The notes beneath the pieces are model-generated. The model ran no database searches, was not told where the DNA came from, and worked only from the letters and a program-made list of their open reading frames with translations. From Epiperipatus broadwayi (taxonomy: Eukaryota; Animalia; Onychophora), in contig JAQFVV010000003.1 in NCBI GenBank assembly GCA_028023455.1, positions 29,512,001 to 29,576,000 on the forward strand: DNA of 64,000 bases. The letters run 5' to 3'. A program made the position numbers and the translations under genes. Of this stretch, positions 1 to 12,847 are shown piece by piece. The first letter of the stretch is position 1. Each line of letters opens with the position of its first letter.

Positions 1-1659
1 TAGAGTAATGTATATTGAATTTAAAGGGGTGCTATAACCTACTAAACTATTTTATCAAAGGCAGATTTATATACTTGTCTATGAAAGTCCTCCTAATTTT
101 TCCATTTATTCTTTTTAAGGGCAAGATTAGCGAGTGGTTTCCAAATATTAAGAATTATCACATTAGGTTGACTTGTGAAGTTACTGGCCACTGTCATGTG
201 GAGTCCTTTAAAATTTTTTCTTTTTACTTTTCCTTTCTACCAAATATTCTTGTGTTTTCCCAAAAAATTTGTTTATTGGTGCATGCATGGCTTCTAATTT
301 AGACATCTATTTTTTTTTCCTTTTCTAATCATTACTTTGTATATGTCCTGCATGGTTTGGTAGTGGTAGAGTTTAAGGTGTTCACATTGATATCAGTTTT
401 GTCATTTCCAACAATCAATCTCCTATGAACTTCTGAGCATTAAAGCCATTTGATTTTTATTATTATTACTTTGCATTTTTTTTGTTCTTTGAAGTGATAG
501 CTAGTTTCATTAATATAAGTTTGTTCACATTAAACAGTATTTCACATTTCCAGCATTTCAAATTTATTATTTGTAGAGAGTAGGATTTCTCGCAGTGAAC
601 TATGGTTTTGGAAAACTGCAATGGTATTATATTAATTGCAGATTTTCTTTAGTTTGCTTAGTATAGTATAATGCTATGTCCAGGCATGAAATCTACCAAG
701 GTCCAAAATGGCTTCTGGTGGGAGATCATAAACTGGACAAGCACCACCATTAATTTTAACATGGTACTAGGTTAGTGAGAGAGCCCTAAATGATTTAATG
801 GAACACATATAGAGTATAAATACAATATCGGATATATATCACAGAACATTCTCGTTCAAATGTTACTCAGAATTATTTTCAAGCAGACTCCTTTTATCAG
901 AGTGAACTAATGGGCAATGATAAATGAAAAGTAAAATTGTATTTTCAAATTTTGTAAAATGATTCATTTTGAATCTGCTTGAAAATAATTCTGAATAATG
1001 TATTTGAACAAAAATGTTCTGTGATATGATTATAATTCTAAATGTTACATATTTAACCAATATTAAAGTTATTTACACTCTATTGAGATTAGTAATATTT
1101 GATATAAACACAACAGTAAATTATGAGAGCTTATCAAATTTAGGCATGTACGAATGCATTAAAACAAACCATAATCAATAATTACAATTAAACATCTCTA
1201 GCATAATTATTTTTACAATAAGCCATAATATATTTCTATATATATATTACATATCATAGCTGCAGACACTATCTATGGATATACATCAGTATCTCATTTG
1301 TTTTTAATTCGATTTTTTACTATTTAAGGTTTTCTTATTAATAGCTTCTTCAGAGTTTGTTCTATGTTGAACTTTTTTTATTATAAGTCACTGACTTTTA
1401 AACAAACTGTTTATTATGATCGGATGTATATGCTAAATATTTTCGATTGTGTGTGAGTTTTATGCAACCGGCAGTAAATCAGGGCTCTCATAAATAAATA
1501 AAATGTCTACTGCCTTTGACAACATAACCTGATTGGTTAGAGCTTCGTTTAAATTCAGTATTTATTGATGTGATGTATTGTGGCTTCTCCTTAAACGAAG
1601 TCAAGAATATCTCACCAATTATGCCCAGATAAACCTGTTAGCTACTTTATTTTCCATTC

Positions 1660-2030
1660 CCCACTCTAAATTTTCCCATATTCTGCTCCATCCCATTTCC
1701 ACAACATAATCTTTGTCAACTCTATAGCCTTTGCCTTTATATCTAAATCCCTCTTATCTTTTCCCAAACCCAGCATAAAAATCAATAATTCACTTTCTGT
1801 ATAATCATTTTTTTCATATTTATTCTTCCGTAACTTCATTATATGTACCCTTTCTGTTTTCAAGCATCTCAACAAATGCCTAATATTTTCTATTCCTTCC
1901 TTACATAATTTACAAAATAAATCACCCATATTTTTCCATTTATATGTATATTCTCTTGTAGCTAAAGATCCCGTTCGAGCCTTAAACAATAAACTACTTT
2001 CCTTACTATTATCATATATTAACTAATCTA
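1660..2030 (-). mobile_element. Non-LTR retrotransposon C-terminal fragment with CCHC finger
   Basis: YDNSKESSLLFKARTGSL...FCKLCKEGIENIRHLL (ORF 1666-1989), a typical post-RT zinc-finger region. Confidence 0.7.
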
Positions 2031-4141
2031 AAAGATACCAGTGCGACTCCTATGCTAATACTGACATCGATCAAGCCGAAGAAGAGATAATATCATTCGA
2101 AATGCGTTCTATACAACAGATGCATGTATTTGAAGATGTAAACAAAAAAAGTTTGATTTTTTTTCTATAAAACATTTAGTAATGAAATAAATGACAGAAA
2201 TAGTCCAATATAAAAGTAACTATGGGTAGCGTACTTTTAATCTATATCACAAATTAATAAACCGTGTTCGCCACAGCTTCTTTCTAAAATTAATAAATAA
2301 ACTTCATTATACTAAATGCGTAGTGAAATTTATTATACTATAAATTAAATTATTAAAAAAAGCATCTTTTTTTTAAAAAAAAAATTAAAAACAAAAAAAA
2401 AAAAAGAAATATTACTTACAAAATTTGGAATATAGCAGATAATTAATCACTATAAACTAATGGCGCGGCAATCAGTGTGTCTCCAAATTTTCTACCTCCG
2501 TTTATATATATTATACACTGTATATTGTATAATGTACTTTTCCATTAAATCCAATCAAAAAATAAAACAGTATATTGTACTAAATATCATAATTTTCCAT
2601 TTCTTTTTATTTATTTACTTAAAATTTTGTTTGATAAACTTTAATGCTGTTGTGTTTTTTTTTTTTTTCATATTAATGTATATAATTTTAAGCATTTATT
2701 CTTTTTAATAATTTTATAATGAGATTTATTTTGTAATAAAGATATTTGGGTGCACCGATATTTGATTGTACAAAAGATTTAGAAAAAAAGGAATATTAGA
2801 TTAAATAGAAATGAAAGTTAAAATCACTAACAAAATGAAATTAAACATTTCATTAGATAGTATGATATTTTTCAAAATATTTCATCAATCCTAATTACTC
2901 TTAGTGAGTCTATAAAATGTTCTGTTAAGAACCGTTTTCTGAAATGTTACTGGAATTAACAAACCAGAAAAATCAAGATTTTGGACATTGTATTTTTAAA
3001 AGTAAACTAGATAAGTGATTAAAATAAAGAAAACGCGGAATGAAAGAGAGATTGGGGGGGATATATGATTGTGTAAATAATAAAAACTAAAAATACTGAC
3101 TTTAGCAAAATAATGACGTAATTATCCGTTATTTTTTAAAGCCAATGCTCTTCCTGCTAAGTTTTCGTTCATGTAAAACAAAAGTTTGAATAATGACTTC
3201 ATATAGCTTTTCACACATATAACCTCAGGATTTTGTATTAGATTAAACATATTGTTATATTTATATAAAAGAGTGAGTAAAAAAGAAATGTTACAATATA
3301 ATTTGAAGTACCGGAAACTAGATAGTTGAAATTTTAAAAGGCACGTTGAATTTTAAAAGAACAAGAAAAGCACTCCTGAAGAAAATATAAGAATTTGGTG
3401 GAAAAGAATGACTTAAATGTATAGTAGGTGTTTGTATAAGTAAAAATAATTAATTGCGGGTTTGTTTGTTTTTTTAGTTTCGAAATGATTAAGAGAAAAT
3501 ATGAAAAGAAAATGAGCTAATTAAATTGGTAATTAACGAAATAAAAAGTTGAGGAAAAATAACTTAAATCAATGAGAAAATGATTAGACTGTATGAATAT
3601 TTTTTTTAAAAAACAACAACTAAATAAACATATAAATGCAGCATTTAATTAATGAGAAGATAAAAAATTAAGAAAGATATAAAGAATGGGGGGGGGGGAC
3701 AGAATTCCTCTGTTTTTACAAATGTTGCGGGCAAGTGTGTTTCCTCCGTCATCGGCCAGTTAGCAGAAAAGATATATAGCGGAGAACGGCACTGCAAGAC
3801 ATCGGGGAGGTACCGCTCCCAGGCACTAGTTGCCTGAAGTTTAATTAACTTCTTAGAACTGTACACAGATCGTCCTGATCTTTACTACCAAATGGTAAAA
3901 TAGAAACATATTGTTTGATTGTTATAAATGTATGAGATGTAACAATTAATAGTTGTCTCTAGTTAATGATCTATATTTCGTAAAAAAAAAAAAAGGCATT
4001 GGAGATTTCATTTTAAAATTGTGCAGTTTAGAGTTTTGTGTCATTGTGGACGTATTGTCTGTTTATGAAATCTATAAGGACTTAATTTTATCATATTAGG
4101 TTTAACTGAATCACACAGGCTTATTACATACCTGTGTTTAT

Positions 4142-4300
4142 ATATGTAATATATAGGGCTGGTTTAGCATGAAATACGTATATTGGTGATTATTTATCTT
4201 TTCAACATATATGTGTTCAAGTGTATCAGTGTTATGGGATAGTGTGGAGAGTGGTAAGTCGTATGAAAGTCTGTGCTTATATACCCTATATATTACATAT
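4142..4300. mobile_element. Small MITE-like element with 17 bp terminal inverted repeats
   Basis: atatgtaatatataggg (4142-4158) and ccctatatattacatat (4284-4300) are exact reverse complements. Confidence 0.55.
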
Positions 4301-4559
4301 TAGGTTTGTAAATTTATTGAATACTATTTTGCTGTGATTTTGTAATAGTTTGTTTTGCAAATACATAGCAATTATTTATTGTAAAAATTGATTATTGAGA
4401 ATACATTTAAAGGGAACGAAATACATGTGTATAAGTGTCTGCAGAAAGAAGTTTTTGTTAACTAAAAGGAAACCCTTTAAGGTCTTGAAGGAACTGAGCA
4501 GAGAAAATTTCTAATGTCCATTTCGTATATTTTTGTTGCTGCAGCTGGTTAAATTTCTG

Positions 4560-6930
4560 ATGTCTGTGGGAGTCTACTAAGTGCATCCACATGTGGAATA
4601 TATTTCCCTTCCATGTGAACTAATTTAAAATTATATGCATTAAGAAAGTTTATCCACCTTATAATTCTCAGAGATGCATGCATTGGTATTCCCCGAGTAC
4701 AATATTCCTAATAATGGTTTATGATCTATCTGTAAGATACATATTTATGAAACTTTTTTACTTCTGCTATTAAAGCCAACGTCGCTATCAATTTGCGCAT
4801 AGTTACTTTCTGTTTTTGACAGTATTCTTGATGCAAATGCGACTGGGAGCTCTTTCCTCGACCTATTTCTAAGCATATTAAGATGTTTTTTTTTCTTCTG
4901 ATCACAGTCTTGAGCCTCTACTATTAAATTTTTTAATCCCTCAAATGCTTATGCGTTGTTTTTTTCGAACTTATCTAATAACCTATATAGTGATTCAGCC
5001 ATTTCTGATTTACAATTAAAAAATTGTTCATAATACCTAAAAATCCTAGAAATATCTGTAATTCTTTTATTTTCTGGCTGTGGAATATTCTGTATTGGTT
5101 TACTTTATTTTTTATGGAAATACACCCTCATTTGTTGTTTTAAATCCCAGGAAATTTATTTTACTCCAAATATACACTTCATCTAAGCTTATACTAAGAC
5201 TTGTTTTATTAAATATTTCTAATAGTTTCCTAGTAGGTTTCATTAGTTGATCTAAATCTTTTTCTTATTATTATGAAATCATCAAAATATAGGAATGCTC
5301 ACTCAATTCCATTTGCCAACTGGTCTACCACTCTTTGAAATATTGTTGGGGTTGAAATTATTCCGAATGAGAATCTATTTACTTATATAATTCTTTGTGT
5401 GAAAAAGATATCAAGTGTTCAGCAGTTTCATAATCTGCAGGTAATTGTAGTATGCCTACCTGAGATCTATTTTTGAAAGAAATTTTTTCTTGATAATGTC
5501 AATAATATTTGATTAATACTTAGAGGGGTGTAGTTTTCAGGAATAATGCTTTATTAATAATACACCTATAGTCTGCACATAACCTAATATCATTTTTCTT
5601 TCTTACTGGCTCAATGGGAGTTACCTATTCATATGCCTGTGTATATTTTATTAGCTCTTCTTTCTCCAATTTTTCTAACTCTTGAATCACTTTTCCTTAT
5701 TGCAAAAGGAATCTCTCATTTTACATGCAATTGGTTTGATAGTATCATCTACATGTAACTTAATTGATGGCCCTTTAAATTTGCCTAAGCCTACTTTAAA
5801 GACCTCTGGGTAATCTCTTTTATAAATTCCAATGCCTGTGGCATTATTTACAATTTTGTTTATGTTTACTATATTATAACCCAGGGATTCAAGCCAGTTC
5901 CTACAAAGATTACTGTTATCCATTGTTACCAGAAATGTCAGTTGTGCTACATATGTTCTTTTTCTTGACATTTACCTTAGCTTGTCCTAACAAGTTTAAT
6001 GATTTCCCTTATCAAATTTTATTTATTGTCAGAATTAATTTTTTATTTTCTTATTCTTAGTTATCTCTTTCCAGCACTTATCTGAAACTAAATTTACTGC
6101 TAATCATGAATCTAGTTCTACTTTAACTAAAACACCATTAATTTTTATTATGTTCAAAAATACTGACTTTACTTTTTTATTTCTTATAGTATTTGCATTA
6201 AACTTATCCTTTTTAAAATCTTTATAATTCTTTTTTTGTTTCATTTTTATTAATTTCTTGAATAGCTTTATTTGTATTTGAGTCCTATGTAGATCTTTTC
6301 ACATTCCCAAGACCTTTTAATAGTCTGCATGCTGCTTTAATGTGACCCTGTTTTTTACAGTGAAAACAAATGCTCACTTTGAATTCACTTGTCCTTATTA
6401 TTATTGTTACATTGAAAATACCTATAATTTGTAAAGCCTTTATCCTTATCTTTTTTCCTACTGGTTGATGCTGCCTAGTGAATTTTACTTCCTAACTACT
6501 GTCAGCTAAAACTGATGATTGTTTGGATGTTTCATACCTTAGTTTCACCAAAACTACTGCTATGTCAAATATCTACCAATAGCCTTAAGCATAAGGTGTG
6601 GTTTGCCTCTTAATGCCTCACTTAAGAAAGTACCAAAATCAAATTTGTTTGCCTGATTTCTTAGTTCAGCTATATATTCTAATACAGTCTAATTGATTGT
6701 GTAAATAAAATTTGTATCTCAGCAAAAAAATATCTAGAATTTCTATAGCTTTCTCAAATGTTATGTCTGTTATTTCCATTGGGACTAACTCAACTATTAA
6801 AATTCTATATGTAATTATTCCACACAAACTGACAAATGTTGATAATTTTAATTCTGACTTAATTCCATTTACAATGATCAAAAATTTGAATCTCTTGGAT
6901 TGATTCAGATTAAATTTTTCTATCATTTAT
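4560..6930 (-). mobile_element. Old decayed Ty3/Gypsy element (Mag-like gag and pol remnants)
   Basis: gag-like ORF 6666-6926 (FVSLCGIITYRIL). CCHC knuckle CFHCKKQGHIKAAC near 6325-6375. RT start in ORF 5687-5971 (VFKVGLGKFKGPSIKLHVD). RNase H PVAFASRILSKTESNYAQID near 4790-4840 and HVDALSRLP near 4570-4595. Many stops. Confidence 0.85.
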
Positions 6931-7337
6931 TAGTCATTCTAATCCTTCCAAAAAAAATTACCATGACTTTCTTTCCTTCTGATTCATTTCTTGATTAAAC
7001 TGTTTCCTTAGTTTGGTCTATAGTTCTCTGGCTCTGATTTTGTCACTCCAGATCTATTGTTTTTATTGGCTCTTATGTCCTTTTTTCTTGTGACTGTGTT
7101 AACTGCTATATCTGTCTTTTTCCTTGACTGCTATGTCTGTTCTTTTTCTCAACTGTGCTAGTCTATTGTCTCCTGTGACTTAATATCTATAATAGAAACT
7201 CTCAATTATAATTTAACAGATAACTGGTATATCTGTCCTTTTCCTCGATTGCACCAGTCTATTGTGTTTTGTGATTTAATATCTATAATACAAACTCAAT
7301 TATAAATTAACATATTTATTATTCACAATTATATTAA

Positions 7338-7592
7338 TGTTACTAGAGGGATAAGTTCATGGTTCGGTTGTCACTCCTCAGGTTCTCACTCACACAACAG
7401 ATAATTATCAGGTTGTTTATCTATTCTGCCTGGAATACTTTAGTCTGGTGTTTTGCTTTATGTTCGGCTTGATGACCATATAATGGTCAGTCACTGCTAT
7501 ATGTTGTCTTGACTCTGTCCACTCCTACCCCACTTATATTGATGTCTTAACAACTGTGGTCAAGGTCAAACATTACCTGCAAAGTCATAACA
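7338..7592. repeat. Possible LTR (TGTTA...TAACA) near the old Gypsy
   Basis: 255 bp GC-elevated block bounded by perfect 5 bp inverted termini. No partner copy, TSD or PBS found. Confidence 0.35.
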
Positions 7593-8143
7593 TATATTTG
7601 TGCATATAATGTATAGATGTAATGCTATGTGTTACCTCACTCCTCTTCAGTATTGGAGATGGACTTGCCTAATCTTTGCAATGCAATATGTCATGTTGAA
7701 TGACTGTTTGACAGCAACATCTTTACACCTGGGCTGACTTCTGATCTGCTTATATGATTGTTATAGCTTGTATAACATAGCTAGAGTATTGCTATGTATC
7801 CATAGCATGTTATGTTCTGACATGTTAACTGCTACCTGCTATATGCCAATATACATGCTCTGCCTTGTCCCTCATATTTTTTATTACAAAATATGTATAC
7901 TCCTTGTACAGAAAGTCCCTCATTACTTGCTTTACATTATTAATTGCATTCCATTGTAGCCATTGATTTTTCTGTTGTCTGAATCCATTAACATTGGTTT
8001 CTCTCTTATTTCCATTTTATTAGGGTTATTAGTAAAATCTTACTTATATATAGCATTCCTTCATTCTTCTCTTTCACTTTCTTTGCATATCTTCATATAT
8101 ATATATATAATAAATAAAGTTTGATATCTGTATTCGTTTCACA

Positions 8144-8411
8144 ATATATGTAATATACAAATCAATATATATATATCAAAATACAGTACAATTTAATAAA
8201 TTATATTCTTTTAGAAGTACTTTCGACTATACACTTTGTAGTCTTTATCAACTATATAACATTGAATAATCAAAACGAGACAACCTTTATTCAATGTTAT
8301 ATAGTTGATAAAGACTACAAAGTGTATAGTCGAAAGTACTTCTAAAAGAATATAATTTATGTAAATTGTACTGTATTTTGATATATATATTGATTTGTAT
8401 ATTACATATAT
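8144..8411. repeat. Near-perfect palindrome, about 125 bp arms with a 17 nt loop
   Basis: Left arm ends attgaataa (8269) and right arm starts ttattcaat (8287). Arms differ at only a few positions. Embedded in (TA)n. Confidence 0.92.
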
Positions 8412-8533
8412 ATATATGTGTGTGTGTTGCTTATAACACTTCTTTCATATACACTTCAATGCAAACAAATTTTTTTAAAAACTTCTTTATTTTCCTTATA
8501 GTTTTGACTGTCCAGCAGTCTTCATCAGAGCTA

Positions 8534-9290
8534 CAATATTTGAATAATATAAATACATAACCATCATTTCATATATATATATATATATAAAATACATAAC
8601 CATCATTTCACACATATATAAAAATATACACATATATTCCCTTCACATATATACATATATAGATCTACATCGCCCCTAGACATATACATAAATTCCATAC
8701 CTATATCTATATATACATATTCAACTATATACATACATCTTTTAAACATACATGTATACACATACAGCCATAGACATATATATATATATATACAAATCCA
8801 CATCTACATTTATAAACACATATCCATATGTATACTCAACTTACATATTTATTACATATATATAAAAAATATACAAAATATATCCAATACACCTTTTTTT
8901 TTTAAAATTTACCTTTTAAAACTATTTTATTTTTACTTTTTTTAATTTTTTATTAAAAAATCTTTTTAAATATTTTGTTTATTAATACTATTTTATAATT
9001 TTCCTTTCATCATTCTTATTATCTATCTTGTTTAATTATTATCTAATATATATCTTTTTTACTTTAATCTCTAATTTTAATTTTTAAAAACTTTTATCTT
9101 TATATCACTAATTTATATTTTTCTTTAATACTACTACCTCTATGCTTCTTCTCTGCTTTAATTGAAATGACCTTTTTTTTTTAAAAATTTTCTATCTTGC
9201 TATTCCTTTAAAACAACTCCCTCTGTTATTAATTTTATAAAACTTATAATTCTATTTTAAACTTACAACTTTTATATTTATTAACAACAT
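8534..9290 (+). repeat. Left arm of a long diverged inverted repeat (partner about 24050-24781); a partial third copy starts near 9292
   Basis: caatatttgaataatataaatac...ataaccatcatttcaca, aaattccatac, ctcaacttacata, tatccaatacacc and ttcctttcatcatt...tatctatcttgtttaattattatctaata all recur in the reverse complement of 24050-24781. Confidence 0.85.
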
Positions 9291-9498
9291 TCGAAATACA
9301 TAACCATCATTTCACATATAAATATACATATGAATATCAAATATTCATATATCCCCTACATAGGATATAGCCTAGTTTAAATAGGAATGGGGGACTAAGA
9401 ACCATATGTTGGTAGGTTTAGTATTGGATTTATAGGGTTATTAGTAATTAAAAATAAGTGTATATATACATATGTATTATGTGTAGGTATGTACATAT

Positions 9499-12457
9499 TG
9501 TGCCGGTCAAAATCGTGTATTCATTCAACAAGACCAATAATCCAAGCAAAAGTACCTTGAATCCAACCATGCACAAGATACATATGTCAGGACAAGGATG
9601 AATCCTAACCTATTTGCCTAAACTATTGCCTCTCTGACTAATGGATAACGTTTGTGATGACACTAGCAGTGCTTGGTTTTATTCCGTCCCAGCTGGAGGT
9701 CATGGTTCACATAGAGACTCAAAATAATAAAGGTTTTATATGAAAAATTAATGATTTAATGGATTCTGACGATTGCAGAATGGTACAGATATGATTTGAT
9801 CGATTAGTAATGGTTTGAACCGTAATAATAATAATTCTTTATGGCAACATTACACAGAAGTGAATTTAAATCAAAGAAATATTTAAATAAGTAGAGTAAT
9901 TAACCTTAGAGATTGGGAGTGATGACAAACTAAGCTTATTTAAGATAACAATATTATAGGAATTTATTAAGGAATTTAGTACAAAATAAGTAGTCTTTGT
10001 TTATACAACTTGGTTATTTTCTTTAATTCGTTTTGATGCGGCTTTGACAAACAATGTAAAAGTTTGTTAATTGGTCGGCCAAAAACCAATCAGCAATAAA
10101 ATAAGATATTACAAATAAATCTGTTTATATATATATATTACAAAATATGAAAGATGGGCATTTAAAACACTATTACATTTAAAGTCATTTGTATATAATG
10201 AGTGTGGGAAGCAAAATAGTTCTTAAATAAATAATTGACAATTATACAGTCAGATTTAATTAATTAACGAAATTGTTTGTGAAGGACGTGCTATCATGGC
10301 AGAGAGCATTTCAGGATTGCTACATAAAGCTATAAAATGATGATGAGGGCAGTATGCTATTACAAATTACAACAAAAGAAATGAGGTCTGCTATAAACCT
10401 CTTGGTGACTGCTAAAGAAGTTCCTGATATGTACAGGGGATCAGAGAAATGTTAGCCCTCAAGCCAAAGCATGTCTCTAAATAATCATAATAATATTTTG
10501 ATGTGCATACACATCTTAATGGCAATGCTCGAAAAGATCTCTTGGTATGAACTATGTCTACTTTGAGGGAGTGTAAAAGGTTGGACTGGTCAGATTCCGA
10601 AGGTCCTAAGAGGTTGGTAGCAAAGCAAGAATAGCAATAATAAAGAAATGGTTGTAACTATAAATACACAATGCCTTAGACGTATATAGATAGATAGTGT
10701 ATCATTAATAAAATAATAAATCCTGATTAAAATCATTGACTCCCTGATATAATGGAAAGTCCCAGAAACGTTAGGTCATTAATGAATGAATAGTAAATTA
10801 TACTACAAAAAGAAAGGCAAGAATTAAAACTAAAATATAAAATTGTTTTCCCCACTCATCACGGAAGATTACAAAATAGGACTTGTCTTTAATTAACATA
10901 GACGGGCATTAAATATCAAACTAATAAATTGTAAATCATAATTTTAATATTTTCTGACAAATAAAATATATGTATGAAATATATATACTGATAAAATTCT
11001 ATGATAAATTTTACTTAATTGATTCACTAAAATTATTTATTCTTTCAGAAATAATTACAGGGCTATTTTAAATTGGAGGTAATAGTAAGATACTTTTAAA
11101 ATAATTTCAATCATTCAAATAAATATATATATGAGGTACAAAACTAAATGAGCTTTCTATTAATTAATTTACGGAAGGAAGTCTTCTTGTAATGATTTTT
11201 AAATTAAAAAAAATAACAGGAGGAGGATTTAAAGTTAATAGTTCATTAAATTTTGTAGTTGGCCATTTCAGTAAGTCGATTAATCTAAACAAACCGACAA
11301 AAAATTAATTTAATTTGCCGCATCAAAATAATGTAAGATTTTATAAGAATTGATATTTTAAATTGAATAAATTTAAAAGACGCATTTTAAACCAAGCCGT
11401 ATAAACATTACACAGATATAAAATATAAATTAATATAGATTTTGAAAACAAGTAAAATAAAATCAATGGCTTGCGGTGAATTGGACGTTACCTCAGAATC
11501 AATCAGTTAGTACAGGCAGTTAATACAGTCAGATCATTTCAGGCTTCCTCGACACAGACAGTCTCTGGCTAGATGTTTAAAGTGCTGGAAAGGCATGGAT
11601 GGGCTGGTGGAACAGACCTCTGAGAAGCAAACGACCGATCTTTTCACCCCGTCATTTCTTTAGGCACGATATATATATAAAGATTAATCACTTCTCTTCA
11701 GTAAACTCAATAATAATAATCATTATCAAATTTTCACTATTTATGTGTTCTGATCTTTATCTATAGGATTGAATCTACACTGACCTCCACCAATTGTAAT
11801 TTCTTTAAGCAGTTCTGTGAGGTTGGTGCCTTTGGAGGGAAATCTATAATCCTGAACATGCCCCAAGGGTTGATTTGCTAATTAAAAAACAACAACAAGC
11901 ATATTAAGTTTATCAGTCATTGTATTAACAAGCCTATTTAATTAAGGTTTAGATTAACAAAAATGCAACTTTTATTCAGAAAAATTTTAGGAATTTGGTA
12001 CAATGACTTTTAAACATATTTGACATAAACTTAAGTAGAAATTTACAAAATATTTCTTACAAATCTTACATTGTTTAAATAATTGATTCTCAAATGTACA
12101 TTGATTAAAAGATAAATATAAAATGTTACCAACTGATTTATTGAAGAAAAATGAACTTTAATAAAGAATTTGAAATATTTGTAACATTTTATAGATATCT
12201 AGGATTCAATTTAATTTAATAAAATAAACACAATATATAATTTTACAAATATTATAAATAAATAAACTATTATAAAAGGTTAGTTTTAATTATAAAATAA
12301 GATTAATGAAATATAAAAGATTATAATATTGATTAAAATATACTACCACCTATTATGAGATGGGTGTCAGTTAATAAAGATTGGGTTCAAACCCAGACTA
12401 GTGCTGATGACATTGGCACTAGGTGAAGCAGGAATATGTACTACATTTCCAGCTTCA
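9499..12457 (-). repeat. 3' LTR (2959 bp)
   Basis: Direct repeat of 19445-22169 plus 23714-23904, roughly 98-99% identical by eye. Preceded on the minus strand by purine-rich AAGATGAGGTA (possible PPT, about 12460-12470). Confidence 0.93.
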
Positions 12458-12847
12458 TATACCTCATCTTGGGGGAAAAAAAAAAAAAAAAACATTTTAC
12501 TTGGGTGTCCAGTGACAATAGAGGCTGACCAAGGGTTTGATGACCAAGGTTTATTATATTATTGGAATGGTAACTGTATCGAGTTCTGCAAGCCTTTAGT
12601 TTCTTCTAAATTTATTACTCTGCTGAAATTACAATTCTTAAACTATCATGTTATTAAACGATTTATTTTCTTAGCAATTCTTTCTTATCTTCCTCATTCT
12701 ACTAACTTTAGTCTTCTTACTTCATTTAGTTACTATTAGATAATAGTCCTTAGATAAGATTTATATATCAACAATCCAGCAACGTAATCAATATGTATTT
12801 CAATTATATGGGGTCATACACAAAGGGTCTCACATTTTGAAAATAAT

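Noticed and set aside
684-770. Exon-like segments near 684-770 (+, MKSTKVQNGFWWEIINW; -, YHVKINGGACPVYDLPPEAILDL), 1530-1635 and 2040-2130
   Set aside because: Open in some frames with plausible splice sites, but no recognisable family and no consistent strand or phase linking them.
10290-10640. Coding-like stretch inside the LTR (NDDEGSMLLQITTKEMRSAINLL...; HTHLNGNARKD...)
   Set aside because: Broken by stops in both LTR copies and no domain recognised; cannot be called a captured gene.
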